DNA of 64,000 bases from a virus. The stretch spans positions 20,775-84,774 of the IMG/VR virus record IMGVR_UViG_3300047552_002060. One strand, written 5' to 3'. Made by a program: the position numbers and the translations under genes. Each line of letters opens with the position of its first letter. The first letter of the stretch is position 1. The notes beneath the pieces are model-generated. The model had not been told where the DNA came from. It made no database searches and saw only the letters and a program-made list of their open reading frames with translations. Shown here in pieces: positions 27,632-37,411 of the stretch.

Positions 27632-28354
27632 ATGAGTCAAGAAAAAATAGAATTAGATATCTTTCAACAAGACATTGTCAGAGGCACCGATCTAGAGTTT
27701 AAACAACTGCTAGATATTCAAAAAGAATTAGAGCAGTTTAAGATCGGGGACATCTACATACGAGAAGTTTTCTACAAATATGCCGGGTCATCTGAGATAG
27801 AAAAGACGAACCACAACGTAGTAGCGAAATACAAAGTCATTCACGTATCTCCGCTCGGCATTCCTTGGCTTAGGAAGATTGGTAGTAATGGTAAACTGAC
27901 AGGGAATATATGTACTATACAGCACATCAACGATCTTATCAACGGAATGAAGCGTGACCATAGTCCATATGGTTCAGAAGACAAATTTGTGCCCGATCCT
28001 GCCCAATTAGATGCGATTCTTTTACAGCAAGACTTTAATCCGGTTGAGGAGGCTCAAATTAAAGCAAAACTGTTCAATGAGATCAACAAACACAATAAGA
28101 GGGTGGCAATTAATACCAGACCTAACAAACCTGATGTAGCTGATTTTTTTAAGAACTCGAAGCCAGGTGACAAATTCTGGACCTCACCTGATGTCTTTTT
28201 CGTGATTCAATCGGTAGTCAAGGGTGCTGGTCAGTGGATCATCACCGTACTTGACGTAAATCAAACTACTGTAACATTTAACTTTAGCAGCTTCAACTTT
28301 AAACGTCTATATAGAGAGCAGCCACGATCATTCGCAAAAGAAAATAAGATATGA
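27632..28354 (+). CDS. hypothetical protein, paralog of 32398-33132
   Basis: FxIGD..IRE, LG...R...NG, FVxDP, GDxFW shared. Confidence 0.75.
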   Translation: MSQEKIELDIFQQDIVRGTDLEFKQLLDIQKELEQFKIGDIYIREVFYKYAGSSEIEKTNHNVVAKYKVIHVSPLGIPWLRKIGSNGKLTGNICTIQHINDLINGMKRDHSPYGSEDKFVPDPAQLDAILLQQDFNPVEEAQIKAKLFNEINKHNKRVAINTRPNKPDVADFFKNSKPGDKFWTSPDVFFVIQSVVKGAGQWIITVLDVNQTTVTFNFSSFNFKRLYREQPRSFAKENKI

Positions 28355-28450
28355 ATAAGTGCCACTTAACAATTCAAAGTTGCTATGGCAAACGCAAGAT
28401 AGGACGCAAAATTTGGTATCTTCGTCATCACGGCCCAAGTCCATACTGTA

Positions 28451-28546
28451 ATGACCCCGAAAATAAAAAAGCCAATAAGACAACTTGGCGTATTTTTTGG
28501 CATGCCTTACAAACTCAAACTCTCTAAACAACTTTATTTTTATTGA
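28451..28546 (+). CDS. small FF..LKL family member or frameshifted remnant of ORF starting 28351
   Basis: LGVFFGMPYKLKLSK; overlapping frame gives TTWRIFWHA. Confidence 0.35.
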   Translation: MTPKIKKPIRQLGVFFGMPYKLKLSKQLYFY

Positions 28547-28589
28547 AGCAGACAAATCCGAATTAATATATTCTCACAAGGAGATGTGC

Positions 28590-29039
28590 ATGTCAACTGT
28601 TCCAAATGTGACCCCAGCGTTGCCAGTGAACGAAGTATCAGCCGAAGAGAAGGAGTTTCTCGCGGAAGCTGAGGTGATGGATCTTAGTCCGATTAAGGGA
28701 AAGACCTATATGGTTGCAGTGGGTACAGGTGATCCCAATAAGGTCAAATTTCTCTGTTCGACGGTACATGGACCATACGACTTCACTGAGATGTGTCAGG
28801 AGGTTGGCGAGACTTGGGTTCAGCACCAGCATCACGCTAAGGTCGTAATTCTTGAGAAGGACCCAAAGAAGAAGGTCCTCCTACTTGATGCTAACACCAT
28901 TGACTACATTGAAGCTCACTATGTTGACATCATCATGGAAGAGACTCTAGCCTCATTTGAGGACAAGGAATTTACTTGTGTGGCAGGAACTATTACAGAT
29001 GCTGAAGTTGATCCGACGACCGGTCAGCAGGTAAAATAA
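28590..29039 (+). CDS. acidic hypothetical protein
   Basis: AAGGAG RBS before ATG 28590. Confidence 0.75.
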   Translation: MSTVPNVTPALPVNEVSAEEKEFLAEAEVMDLSPIKGKTYMVAVGTGDPNKVKFLCSTVHGPYDFTEMCQEVGETWVQHQHHAKVVILEKDPKKKVLLLDANTIDYIEAHYVDIIMEETLASFEDKEFTCVAGTITDAEVDPTTGQQVK

Positions 29040-29041
29040 TT

Positions 29042-29938
29042 ATGCTTAAGCATTTAGCATCTAGTCTCATTGCTCGCATTAATTCTAGTGGACGAATCAG
29101 AAAGATTGAGACGGAGCACAACGCAACTCTTAAGGAAGTTGAGCGACTACGTTGGGAGAATCGACAACTCCATAAGAACGCTTCTGAATACATGGAAGCG
29201 CGAAAAGAGGTCGAGCGGCTTACAACCCTCGTGTCAGTACTTGAGCGAGACTGCGAAGATCTCACATGTCATGCCTGCTCAAAGTGTTGTGATGCTGCCC
29301 TTGCTGATATCGAGCGTTGGAAACGCGCTGCCGTAAGCCAGAACCGTCAGTGGTCGGTGAAATGCGTGGAGGCTACAGAATTGCGTGCCGAAGTCGAGCG
29401 ACTTCAGACCGAACGCCATATGCTTGAGTTACAATTTGAGTCAGCGAAAAAAGCGACTGAGGCATGGGCGGACAAATTCGAACTTAGCGAACGAGAGCGG
29501 CTTACAGCGGAGCGCGACGAAGCCTTAGCCATGGTCGAGCGTCTGCGCGAGATTCTCAAGAACGAGATGCACGAGAGTTCGTTGGCACAGGAGCGCGACG
29601 AAGCCCGTGCCGAGGTCGAGCGGCTCACGAAGGAGGTTGGCAGAGTCATGAACGAGAAGGCGATTCAACTTGGCGCCTTGGAGGCGGAAATTACCGGCGC
29701 CCATGCCGAGATAGAGGCGCTGCTTGACGCAGTGAAAGCTTCGCATGAGACTGGGTGCTGGGGTCCGGCTGAAGACGCCTACGCTGCGTCGGGGCGTCCA
29801 GCCCTACGGCATCGGAGCGAGGTCGAGCGACTCTGCAATATCGTGAAGAACGGAGTGATTGGACCCATCAAGACTTCAGGTGAAGGAAAGACGTTAAACA
29901 ATCTGTCTACTGATAGTATTATCAAAGTTGGCCAATAG
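29042..29938 (+). CDS. coiled-coil protein with EVERL repeats
   Basis: Six VERL units; ERDEA twice; GC-rich central part. Confidence 0.75.
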   Translation: MLKHLASSLIARINSSGRIRKIETEHNATLKEVERLRWENRQLHKNASEYMEARKEVERLTTLVSVLERDCEDLTCHACSKCCDAALADIERWKRAAVSQNRQWSVKCVEATELRAEVERLQTERHMLELQFESAKKATEAWADKFELSERERLTAERDEALAMVERLREILKNEMHESSLAQERDEARAEVERLTKEVGRVMNEKAIQLGALEAEITGAHAEIEALLDAVKASHETGCWGPAEDAYAASGRPALRHRSEVERLCNIVKNGVIGPIKTSGEGKTLNNLSTDSIIKVGQ

Positions 29939-29961
29939 AAGTTAATGATCTTGAACATCGT

Positions 29962-30165
29962 ATGGATTGCAAAGATAATTCTCTAGTCCCTGGTCTCAAG
30001 AAAGCGATTAAAATTGTCGACAACAGATTAGCTACCGCCAAAGCCTTAGACTGTGGCGAAGAGTTTACAGGTGCTATGGAACAGATTCAAGTCTTCTTGA
30101 AAGCCGAACTTTGGCGTCAAGAAAACCCTGAAGAAGCTAAGAAATCATCGACTGTCCTAGATTAG
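29962..30165 (+). CDS. hypothetical protein
   Basis: 67 aa ORF. Confidence 0.55.
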   Translation: MDCKDNSLVPGLKKAIKIVDNRLATAKALDCGEEFTGAMEQIQVFLKAELWRQENPEEAKKSSTVLD

Positions 30166-30170
30166 CAGTT

Positions 30171-30243
30171 GGGACCGTAGCTCAGTTGGTAGAGCAGGAA
30201 ACTTTTAATTTCAAGGTCGTGGGTTCAAGTCCCACCGGTCCCA
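30171..30243 (+). tRNA. tRNA-Lys(UUU)
   Basis: GGGACCG/CGGTCCC, GAAA-CTTTTAA-TTTC, GTGGG-TTCAAGT-CCCAC. Confidence 0.95.
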
Positions 30244-30303
30244 TTATGTTTAAAATATCTTCCACTACGCGTTCGTCGAACTCGCGGTCTAAATGATTTC
30301 ACT

Positions 30304-30372
30304 ATGACTGTTTTTCGTTTCTTTACCTTTCTAAATTGGCTTGGACTATGCTCAAAAAGACACCTAATGTAG
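30304..30372 (+). pseudogene. short or frameshifted FF..LxL family member
   Basis: MTVFRFFTFLNWLGLCS; upstream ATG 30246 is one base out of frame. Confidence 0.35.
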
Positions 30373-30599
30373 AGTATGATATCAACAAGCGTTGGGAACG
30401 CGGAACGACCCACCATCCTAAGTCTATCGCCTTGTTGAAGCGTGTTGATGAGCTTGACTGGGAACTACTTAAGGGACATTTCGACTTCAAGACTGGCGGC
30501 GATGGGGATAATGGTGAGACGTTGATGTATCTGCTGGATATTTACTTCGAGGAGCAAGATGCCACCAAAGAAAAAGAAAGCAAGAAGCGAAAAACCTGA
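30348..30599 (+). CDS. hypothetical phage protein
   Basis: RWERG..HHP...FKTGGDGDNGE.LMYLLDIYFE looks like a conserved core. Confidence 0.7.
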   Translation: MLKKTPNVEYDINKRWERGTTHHPKSIALLKRVDELDWELLKGHFDFKTGGDGDNGETLMYLLDIYFEEQDATKEKESKKRKT

Positions 30600-30750
30600 G
30601 CCGCAACAAGTTGAAGTGATCATTAAGGTTGTTCACGAATATAAGCCAGTTGAACACGATAATCAATACAAGCAAAGTCATCCAGACGAATATGAGTGGT
30701 CAAATTTCTGGAATGATTGGGTTCCGAAGTCTTATTTCTCTGGACGATAA
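30559..30750 (+). CDS. hypothetical protein
   Basis: 63 aa ORF with GAGGAG RBS. Confidence 0.5.
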   Translation: MPPKKKKARSEKPEPQQVEVIIKVVHEYKPVEHDNQYKQSHPDEYEWSNFWNDWVPKSYFSGR

Positions 30751-30752
30751 AT

Positions 30753-30956
30753 ATGAAGATAACACAATGGATTCGCTGTTACAACTCTAAAAATGACGAA
30801 CTAGTGGATGAATGGCTCCTACATGAATTTGAGGATCTTCCTGAATATTGGGAAGAGTGTCTTCCTATTGAGCATCCAGTGGCCTGTGTCCTCTTAGGTA
30901 AGTGCTTGAATGAGCGATTTCGTAAATACTTTCTAGAAATGGAAGCTGAACGATAG
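30753..30956 (+). CDS. hypothetical protein
   Basis: ATG 30753 in ORF 30717-30956. Confidence 0.55.
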   Translation: MKITQWIRCYNSKNDELVDEWLLHEFEDLPEYWEECLPIEHPVACVLLGKCLNERFRKYFLEMEAER

Positions 30957-31430
30957 ATGACTAGTCTGATAACATATCTGATCTGCCTCATTCCTTACGA
31001 TACTAAAGTCTCTACATGGCCACTCAGTGGCCTAAATAGGGAATTGATGGGTATCGCTCGCTTAGAGTCATATTATGGAACTTACACTGACCATGAACCT
31101 CATATTCGTGGTCCATTCCATACAGCTTTTGGGTCATTAGGATTAAAGCCGATTACGGCCCATGATCAGTATATGAAGTCACCTAAGCTACAGAAGCAAT
31201 TTCCTGGTCTACAAGATGAACAAGTATTTCTGCGAGAATTCTGGCGTAATCGAACGCTCTACACCCAGTGTGCGAACTTCCATTGGTGGTATTTGCGACA
31301 CGTAACTCCAACACTCGAGCGAGCAGTCTACTCTTGGCGCTGGGGACTTACAGCAAGTAATCAAGCCGCGGATGAGCAGATTGCCGCAGATACTTATACA
31401 ATTCAATATATAGAATTGGATAAGCACTGA
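30957..31430 (+). CDS. lysozyme/lytic transglycosylase-fold protein (putative)
   Basis: IARLES catalytic-Glu motif, AFGSLGL..ITA, AVYSWRWG in place of AYNxG. Confidence 0.55.
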   Translation: MTSLITYLICLIPYDTKVSTWPLSGLNRELMGIARLESYYGTYTDHEPHIRGPFHTAFGSLGLKPITAHDQYMKSPKLQKQFPGLQDEQVFLREFWRNRTLYTQCANFHWWYLRHVTPTLERAVYSWRWGLTASNQAADEQIAADTYTIQYIELDKH

Positions 31431-31648
31431 TGCACATTACGGACATACATAAAGCTTGTTGGCGATTTTGGTATACTATAGGTGAATTAAAGTTGGGCAA
31501 CATGGCTGACTTTATTTATCGCGTTGATATTAGAGGCCGTCATCGCCTTCACCATCCTAATTATGATTATGTAATAAACTTCGATATACGACATTATAGG
31601 ACAACTATTCACTATGCCCCTCTTAAATCGTATTCCAGTATTAGATAA
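31430..31648 (+). CDS. small protein, FF..LKL family member
   Basis: KACWRFWYTIGELKLGN; TGATG overlap. Confidence 0.55.
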   Translation: MHITDIHKACWRFWYTIGELKLGNMADFIYRVDIRGRHRLHHPNYDYVINFDIRHYRTTIHYAPLKSYSSIR

Positions 31649-32156
31649 AGGTTTCGTAGCGACCTACGATACCTCCTGTAACAGCGACAAGTTGAATGAG
31701 CTTGCTGTCGAGTTCTATAAACGACTCGATGGCAAGTTTTTATGTGAAAATAGTACACTGACGGTGATGATGAAATGCCCACTGTTCATTCAACTTAATC
31801 TTTCGCAGTTCAACTTACGAATCACCAACCTGCCGAATGTCGGCTCTGATGAACTCGAGAGCTACTATCCCAATGTCGGAGAGATCGGCTCCAGTGATCT
31901 ACGTGTCTGTCAGGATATCTCGGACGACATGAAACGCACATCCATTGCCCTACTGATGAATCACAAAGCTTATCAAGCAGATGGATGTAATCGCTTCATG
32001 TCTCAAATTCTAACGCCTATCAACACTTATACGACCATTCTCGTTCATGGAATGTATAATGATTGGAGCAGGTTTGTATCGCAGGGAAATGCACCAGCTC
32101 CGATTGCTGCATATATGCAAGCAGTGGACCAATTAATTAAAGCAGAGTGGCGATGA
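31614..32156 (+). CDS. ThyX-like protein lacking catalytic RHR motif
   Basis: IPVLDKGFV start, KCPLFI, ..ILTPINTYT...NDWSRF; no RHRxxS. Confidence 0.6.
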   Translation: MPLLNRIPVLDKGFVATYDTSCNSDKLNELAVEFYKRLDGKFLCENSTLTVMMKCPLFIQLNLSQFNLRITNLPNVGSDELESYYPNVGEIGSSDLRVCQDISDDMKRTSIALLMNHKAYQADGCNRFMSQILTPINTYTTILVHGMYNDWSRFVSQGNAPAPIAAYMQAVDQLIKAEWR

Positions 32157-32398
32157 AAAAAAATAAAGACCCAAAAGAACCAGAACTATCAGAAGTATAT
32201 GAGACCGAGATTGAGTTCACGTGTCCAGTCCGTGGGCTAGTCAAGCAGAAAGTTAAAGTGAAGAGATATAAGAGCGTATCTAATCAGCCAGTCGAGGATA
32301 TCTTGCCTAGCAAAAACATAGCAGACAAGCTCGATCAAAAATATTCAGGCTTAATACTCGAGGATGAGAGTGTGGACTTATTAGACGGAGAGGGCTAA
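32153..32398 (+). CDS. hypothetical protein
   Basis: IEFTCPVRGLVKQKVKVKRYK. Confidence 0.65.
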   Translation: MKKNKDPKEPELSEVYETEIEFTCPVRGLVKQKVKVKRYKSVSNQPVEDILPSKNIADKLDQKYSGLILEDESVDLLDGEG

Positions 32399-33132
32399 TG
32401 AAGTACGACATTACGCAAGATGACAAAGATATAATGGAGTTCGACTTTAAACATGATCGCACTCTCAAGCACCTCCGCAACTTATCATTTTACAAGTTCT
32501 CGATTGGTGATGTTTTGATCCGCGAAGAAAAATACCGCACAGATGGAAAGGATCAGTGGAGAGTGAAGGTAGCCGATTGCGGATTACCCAATAAATATCT
32601 CTACGCATATGAAAATTCTCTTGGAGTTGGATACATCAGAAGATTGAGCATAAATGGAAGAAAGTTTGTCGACAAGGCGACCTGTGTGACACAGTTTGAC
32701 CCCGATCAAACACGCTTTGTCCTAGATCCTGAGTATGCCGACCACATGCTTCTAGCGTCAGAGAATGATGACTTCGATGCTAAGTCGCGCTACGACGATA
32801 TTAAGAAGAAGAAAGAGAAGGTCAATCGCCAAAACAAAAAGATGCGTACCACTTTTGTGGATGAGGCAGCAGTCAAGAATTGGATGAAGACTTTGAAGAG
32901 GGGAGATCAGTTTTGGTTTAGTCATTCTCTAAGTCGAATCTCCAAGAATCCATATGTCATCGACGCAATTCACCTTGATATCCGGCGGCAGAGTCTATGG
33001 AATAACACCGAGACCATATCCTACGTGTCGGTAACAGGCGGGAATTATAATACGCAGCTGTATCCATCATCGTTTATAACAGGCTATCTCTTTCTCTCGA
33101 GACCTACTTTTGCCGATGAGGTCATATCTTGA
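32398..33132 (+). CDS. hypothetical protein, paralog of 27632-28354
   Basis: Shared motifs as above. Confidence 0.75.
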   Translation: MKYDITQDDKDIMEFDFKHDRTLKHLRNLSFYKFSIGDVLIREEKYRTDGKDQWRVKVADCGLPNKYLYAYENSLGVGYIRRLSINGRKFVDKATCVTQFDPDQTRFVLDPEYADHMLLASENDDFDAKSRYDDIKKKKEKVNRQNKKMRTTFVDEAAVKNWMKTLKRGDQFWFSHSLSRISKNPYVIDAIHLDIRRQSLWNNTETISYVSVTGGNYNTQLYPSSFITGYLFLSRPTFADEVIS

Positions 33133-33590
33133 CAAGGCTACCTACAAAAAAGCTTATTCACTTAAACAATCGTGCGATTGCTATCGCAGAACAGTCGCAT
33201 GATATTCATACTAAAGTAGCAGCACTATTGGTTAATCCACAAACTCTAGCAGTGTCATCTGATGGCTTCAATGGCTTTGTTAGAGAAGCTCCAGATACGA
33301 TTCTTCCTACTGAGAGACCAGAAAAGTATGATTACCTTATTCACGCAGAAGAAAATCTGCTCTGTAATGCTGTAAGGAATGGGGTGAAGACCGATGGCTG
33401 TTTTATCTATGTGAGTATTTCGCCCTGTACAAAATGCCTGCGACTGATGTGGCAAGCAGGAATTAGGGAGTTCTACTTTAAAGAGAAGTATAGAGATTTC
33501 GATAAATGTACTTCTATGCTTGACCTACAAGTTGATTTAAGCTTAGAAGATGGCTTCTATCATATGCTAGTAAGTAGTCGCAAACCATGA
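33129..33590 (+). CDS. dCMP deaminase
   Basis: KVAALLV, GFNG, IHAEEN, SPCTKC, AGI. Confidence 0.9.
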   Translation: MTRLPTKKLIHLNNRAIAIAEQSHDIHTKVAALLVNPQTLAVSSDGFNGFVREAPDTILPTERPEKYDYLIHAEENLLCNAVRNGVKTDGCFIYVSISPCTKCLRLMWQAGIREFYFKEKYRDFDKCTSMLDLQVDLSLEDGFYHMLVSSRKP

Positions 33591-33916
33591 GACCTCTTAG
33601 AGAACGACAGATAGTCAACGGAAGAAGGTCCTCTAAGGAAGAACGAGAAAGAGCCGAGCAATCGAGGCTCTTTCTAGAAGAGAAATACCGCTGTGCTCGT
33701 AAGATCTTCTGGGTATTATGGCGTCTTATGCTATATAGCCATTCAGAGAATGTGCTATTCGGACCAACTTATTTAGCCGACCGACTCACTCAAAAACACA
33801 CATTTGGAACTTATGACCAATATAGGCCAGAGAGAGGCTCGAGGATGCTTGACCCGAATAGCGTATGTGATTGTCCGACTTGGTTTAGCAAATCCATGGA
33901 AGTGGACAGCCATTGA
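33587..33916 (+). CDS. small protein, FF..LxL family member
   Basis: CARKIFWVLWRLMLYS. Confidence 0.5.
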   Translation: MRPLRERQIVNGRRSSKEERERAEQSRLFLEEKYRCARKIFWVLWRLMLYSHSENVLFGPTYLADRLTQKHTFGTYDQYRPERGSRMLDPNSVCDCPTWFSKSMEVDSH

Positions 33917-34161
33917 TAGATATGAAAGACAGAGTATTTTTTTGGAAAGACATCTTAAGGTGCTTCGAAATGTCACAAGACCTCACTACTAGACGCCAGA
34001 TGCTCTTAAGAGCAAGTGCCGGACTCATCAATGTATTCGCGCAGATCCTGTTGTCAGTAGGAGTAGCGTCGTGGTCCGCCGTGAGTGGATATTGGAGCTT
34101 ATGCGATTTTGTAGATAGAAATGACAAATATGTCACTAAGAATATTATTAATAGGAAGTAA
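33913..34161 (+). CDS. small hypothetical protein (possible divergent family member)
   Basis: AGLINVFAQILLSVGVASWSAV. Confidence 0.45.
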   Translation: MIDMKDRVFFWKDILRCFEMSQDLTTRRQMLLRASAGLINVFAQILLSVGVASWSAVSGYWSLCDFVDRNDKYVTKNIINRK

Positions 34162-34582
34162 TCCGTCGACCGCGTCATCAACAGACGAGGCGTTCTCTGC
34201 AGATACGGTCTCGGGAAGAGTGGTTAGATCGTGGATTCAGGGGATAGATGGCACGATCTTATTCGATAATATCGTATCCCAGATCACGAAAAACAACCGC
34301 CCTCTGCATCCAAATGAAATAATGTGTGCATCGGAATCCCTCTTAGAGAGAATCAATAGGATTGATCCTGATCGTTTGATCGCTCTCGGAAAGAGCGCTG
34401 CTTGGGCTCTCAATGAGCTAAAGCTTAATTTTTTAGAGATGCCACATCCGTCGGGACTCAACAGAAAGTTGAATGATAAGGCTTATGTCACTGAGAAACT
34501 TGAGTTACTTAGAGCGTATTGCAAATCAGAGAAGATACCACTTCTTCATCACCGTACTAGCACAATTAGAACTTATAAGTGA
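34121..34582 (+). CDS. uracil-DNA glycosylase superfamily protein
   Basis: ILLIGSNPS, SGR, LIALGKSA, MPHPSGLN. Confidence 0.8.
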   Translation: MTNMSLRILLIGSNPSTASSTDEAFSADTVSGRVVRSWIQGIDGTILFDNIVSQITKNNRPLHPNEIMCASESLLERINRIDPDRLIALGKSAAWALNELKLNFLEMPHPSGLNRKLNDKAYVTEKLELLRAYCKSEKIPLLHHRTSTIRTYK

Positions 34583-34633
34583 CCCTACATATTTGTCAGT
34601 CACAGACAATTTCTTCAAATTTATGTTCAAAAA

Positions 34634-34774
34634 ATGACCAGCTTATATGACCGGCGTTACTTAGCTATATCTAGCTTCTATAGATGCTTGGCCCTATTGA
34701 AGTTAGGCGATAACAATACTCTCTGGGGGAGTTATAGTCGTTTCTATGGCAAGTATCGACAAATACTCTACTGA
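34634..34774 (+). CDS. small protein, FF..LKL family member (46 aa, not in ORF track)
   Basis: LAISSFYRCLALLKLGDNNTLWGSY. Confidence 0.5.
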   Translation: MTSLYDRRYLAISSFYRCLALLKLGDNNTLWGSYSRFYGKYRQILY

Positions 34775-35169
34775 AGATTCTGTAGAACGAGGCGAATTGC
34801 TGCGCCAATAGCACCTAATGCCGTGACTGCGCCACCCAATTTGCCAATAAAGATGACACGTGACTTTAGCCATTCACTCACTGCTTTCTTGCGGATGAGC
34901 TCTAATTCAACTGGAGTGAAACGGTCATCGATTGCTTTCACGTAGCGCTCAAGAATCTCTGTACGCTTCATATGATCTTTTAGCGACGCCGTATTCTCAT
35001 TAAGAACATCTGTATTACGAATTAGGTGTGCCCTATCTTCTTCCTCACGTACAACATGTGATTCAAATTTCGCGACATGCGTGGTCAGTGTGGTGCGCAG
35101 ATCATCTACCTTCTCAGCGACGTTGTCAAGTCGATCAGCGATATAGTCTATTTTAGTATTGTCGGCCAT
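34768..35169 (-). CDS. coiled-coil protein with C-terminal TM helix (lysis-associated, putative)
   Basis: Heptad N-terminal region plus IGKLGGAVTALGAIGAAI. Confidence 0.6.
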   Translation of the reverse strand: MADNTKIDYIADRLDNVAEKVDDLRTTLTTHVAKFESHVVREEEDRAHLIRNTDVLNENTASLKDHMKRTEILERYVKAIDDRFTPVELELIRKKAVSEWLKSRVIFIGKLGGAVTALGAIGAAIRLVLQNLQ

Positions 35170-35181
35170 GGTCTATCCGAG

Positions 35182-35517
35182 TTATTTTGTAGGAGGTGGA
35201 TCATCAAGATTATCTATCTTCGATTGCCCACTCTTAGGATCTTCCTTAGTAGTTGCACCAGTACGCCAGTTACGGCCAAAGTAGAGGAATGAGGAAGCAT
35301 AAAAGAACTCTAGAGCGTTGTTTATGTCTACAACACCCAATTTCCCACTCCACTTGCCGACCAACCCAAGAATAACGGTTATCGATGAGATGAAGACCAG
35401 AGTGAGAGAGACAGAGCCCAGTCCAGTCTTTGGATCTTTTACCATCGGTAAAGACAGTCCATACACATTCATGCTCCTTGTCAGAGCAAGAAATTTATTC
35501 CATAGGTCATTAAACAT
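35182..35517 (-). CDS. putative holin
   Basis: Two hydrophobic segments, LYFGR motif, charged tail. Confidence 0.6.
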   Translation of the reverse strand: MFNDLWNKFLALTRSMNVYGLSLPMVKDPKTGLGSVSLTLVFISSITVILGLVGKWSGKLGVVDINNALEFFYASSFLYFGRNWRTGATTKEDPKSGQSKIDNLDDPPPTK

Positions 35518-35603
35518 TTGAGTAGTCGCCTTGCGAAATACTAAGTAAGTATAATCTTATCATCATAATAGGTCTAACATATTACCATTTTAAAGGATAA
35601 AAC

Positions 35604-35981
35604 ATGAAACTCGCTAAACTCACAGATGCCCGATTTCACGCCGCCTTGCAGAAACTCAATGCTCAATCTTTACCTCTTCGTGTGGCTTTTAAGCTAAAGA
35701 GTATACAGTTAAGGATCGATGAGGAGTTAAAGAAGTTTGAAGAGTGCCGACAGAGCGCTCTCAATAAGTTCGGTAAGAAGGATGCGGAAGGCAAGCTCAT
35801 ACTACAAGAAGATAACTCGGTCGAATTTGAACCTGGACAGCTTCAAGCATTTGCTCACGAGCTCAATGACTTAGGTCAGATAGATATCGATCTTCCCACA
35901 GTAAAGTTAGATGATTTAGGCGACAAATTGGAGCTCTCGATCAATGAGCTTGTCCTTCTTGATGGCATCATTGTAGAGTAA
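35604..35981 (+). CDS. phage protein (DUF1617-like; often next to fibre genes)
   Basis: L..L....LP.RVAFKL.....I..ELK.FE..R.....KFG.KD..G. Confidence 0.65.
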   Translation: MKLAKLTDARFHAALQKLNAQSLPLRVAFKLKSIQLRIDEELKKFEECRQSALNKFGKKDAEGKLILQEDNSVEFEPGQLQAFAHELNDLGQIDIDLPTVKLDDLGDKLELSINELVLLDGIIVE

Positions 35982-35994
35982 TATTCAGTTTAAT

Positions 35995-37392
35995 TTACTC
36001 GTAGACGAGCGTCCCATAGATGTTCGGGGTAGTCGGGAAGGTCTTTGGAGAGGCAGCTCTGAGAGCCGCCAAAGTTCCCACTACACCGTCAACACTGAGC
36101 TCGTTAGTGGCTCCGAGCACAGCAGTCGAGATAATGGCACAAGTCCCGCCACGGGATAACACCACACCGTTCGTATTTCCAGAGGGCGGGACATGTGTAT
36201 ATGGTGTCGAAATAGAGCCCCAGCAGTCGCCACGCAAAGCGCTTAGAACTGTGGTGCAGTTGACCCAAGAGCCACTAAGCGAAAGCCCAGCAGGCATATT
36301 GGCTGTACCAGACACAAACTGGACATCTCCTGCCACGGCGAAATTTTCAAAATAAGACAGCGTCGCGGATATTCTGCCTCCGTTAACACGAAGAGCTACA
36401 CCGTTCACGGTAGCATTCTTAAAATAGCACTGGGACACCTGAAGAGCTGCTGTGGTTGTGGTCGTACCAGTCGAGATAATAGCAGCTGTGGTTGTAAAAG
36501 CAGACGTGAATTTACAGCCTGTAAATGACACACTTCCGTCAAGAGTAATAAACCCTACGTTCGTGCTGGTCCCGTTGAATGTACACCTAGAAAAAGCAGC
36601 CAAGGCGGACGGCGAGGTGGTATAGACGCATCTCCCGCTCGACACGGACGCAGCCAGATTCTGTAGCCTGATTTGGGAGTTACCAAAACAGCTAATATGA
36701 CCCAGAATAATAGCACTTGAAGTCGATGCGCTCGCAGTCGACCCCGGAAACCCTTTGTTCCCAGTGATATTTGTAGCTGGCAAGTAGAACGAATAAGCCA
36801 GACCGGTACTCGGTGTAGAGGTGGTTGACAATACAGCCTGAGTGGCTGTATTAGAAATCACCACCGCATAAAATACGGTAGTAGAGACCATGAATTCGCA
36901 TATTTGACCGGCTAAACCGTTGACAGGCCAGTTCTGAGTCGTATCATTCAAGACCCCTGACGTACTGGCAGTGGTCACTCCAGAAGCGGTGCCGCTTGCC
37001 AGTGTGGGAGCCACAGTGGCTCCTTGAATCAACAGTCCGGGACTAGCCGTAGCTGAGGTGGTAGCATAAGTAAACTTTAACCCGGCCAGATAGAACCCGT
37101 CATAGGTCCCAGCAGCCACAGAAATAGTAACTATAGCCCTGATTTCATAGTCTTGCAAGAAGTTAATAGCCGTCTGGATTTGAGCCCATGGCTTTGCTTG
37201 ACTACCATCTCCAGTTGTATCGTTGCCCAATGCCACATCAATGTAATAAGTCGTGTCAGTCGTAATAACTTTAGCTGGAACCTTGACAGTGCCATCTGTG
37301 ATACCATCGACAAGATCAGTGAGTTCGTTAGCTGAACTCTTATCCGTGAAAGCAGTTATGACGCGCTTCTTCGTCTTATTTGATAGTGCCAT
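35995..37392 (-). CDS. fibre/spike protein with parallel beta-helix
   Basis: TYYID..GND..GDGS..KPW..IQ.AI...ISVAAGTY pectin-lyase-type start. Confidence 0.75.
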   Translation of the reverse strand: MALSNKTKKRVITAFTDKSSANELTDLVDGITDGTVKVPAKVITTDTTYYIDVALGNDTTGDGSQAKPWAQIQTAINFLQDYEIRAIVTISVAAGTYDGFYLAGLKFTYATTSATASPGLLIQGATVAPTLASGTASGVTTASTSGVLNDTTQNWPVNGLAGQICEFMVSTTVFYAVVISNTATQAVLSTTSTPSTGLAYSFYLPATNITGNKGFPGSTASASTSSAIILGHISCFGNSQIRLQNLAASVSSGRCVYTTSPSALAAFSRCTFNGTSTNVGFITLDGSVSFTGCKFTSAFTTTAAIISTGTTTTTAALQVSQCYFKNATVNGVALRVNGGRISATLSYFENFAVAGDVQFVSGTANMPAGLSLSGSWVNCTTVLSALRGDCWGSISTPYTHVPPSGNTNGVVLSRGGTCAIISTAVLGATNELSVDGVVGTLAALRAASPKTFPTTPNIYGTLVYE

Positions 37393-37411
37393 TGGAGTTG
37401 TTCTCCAAATA

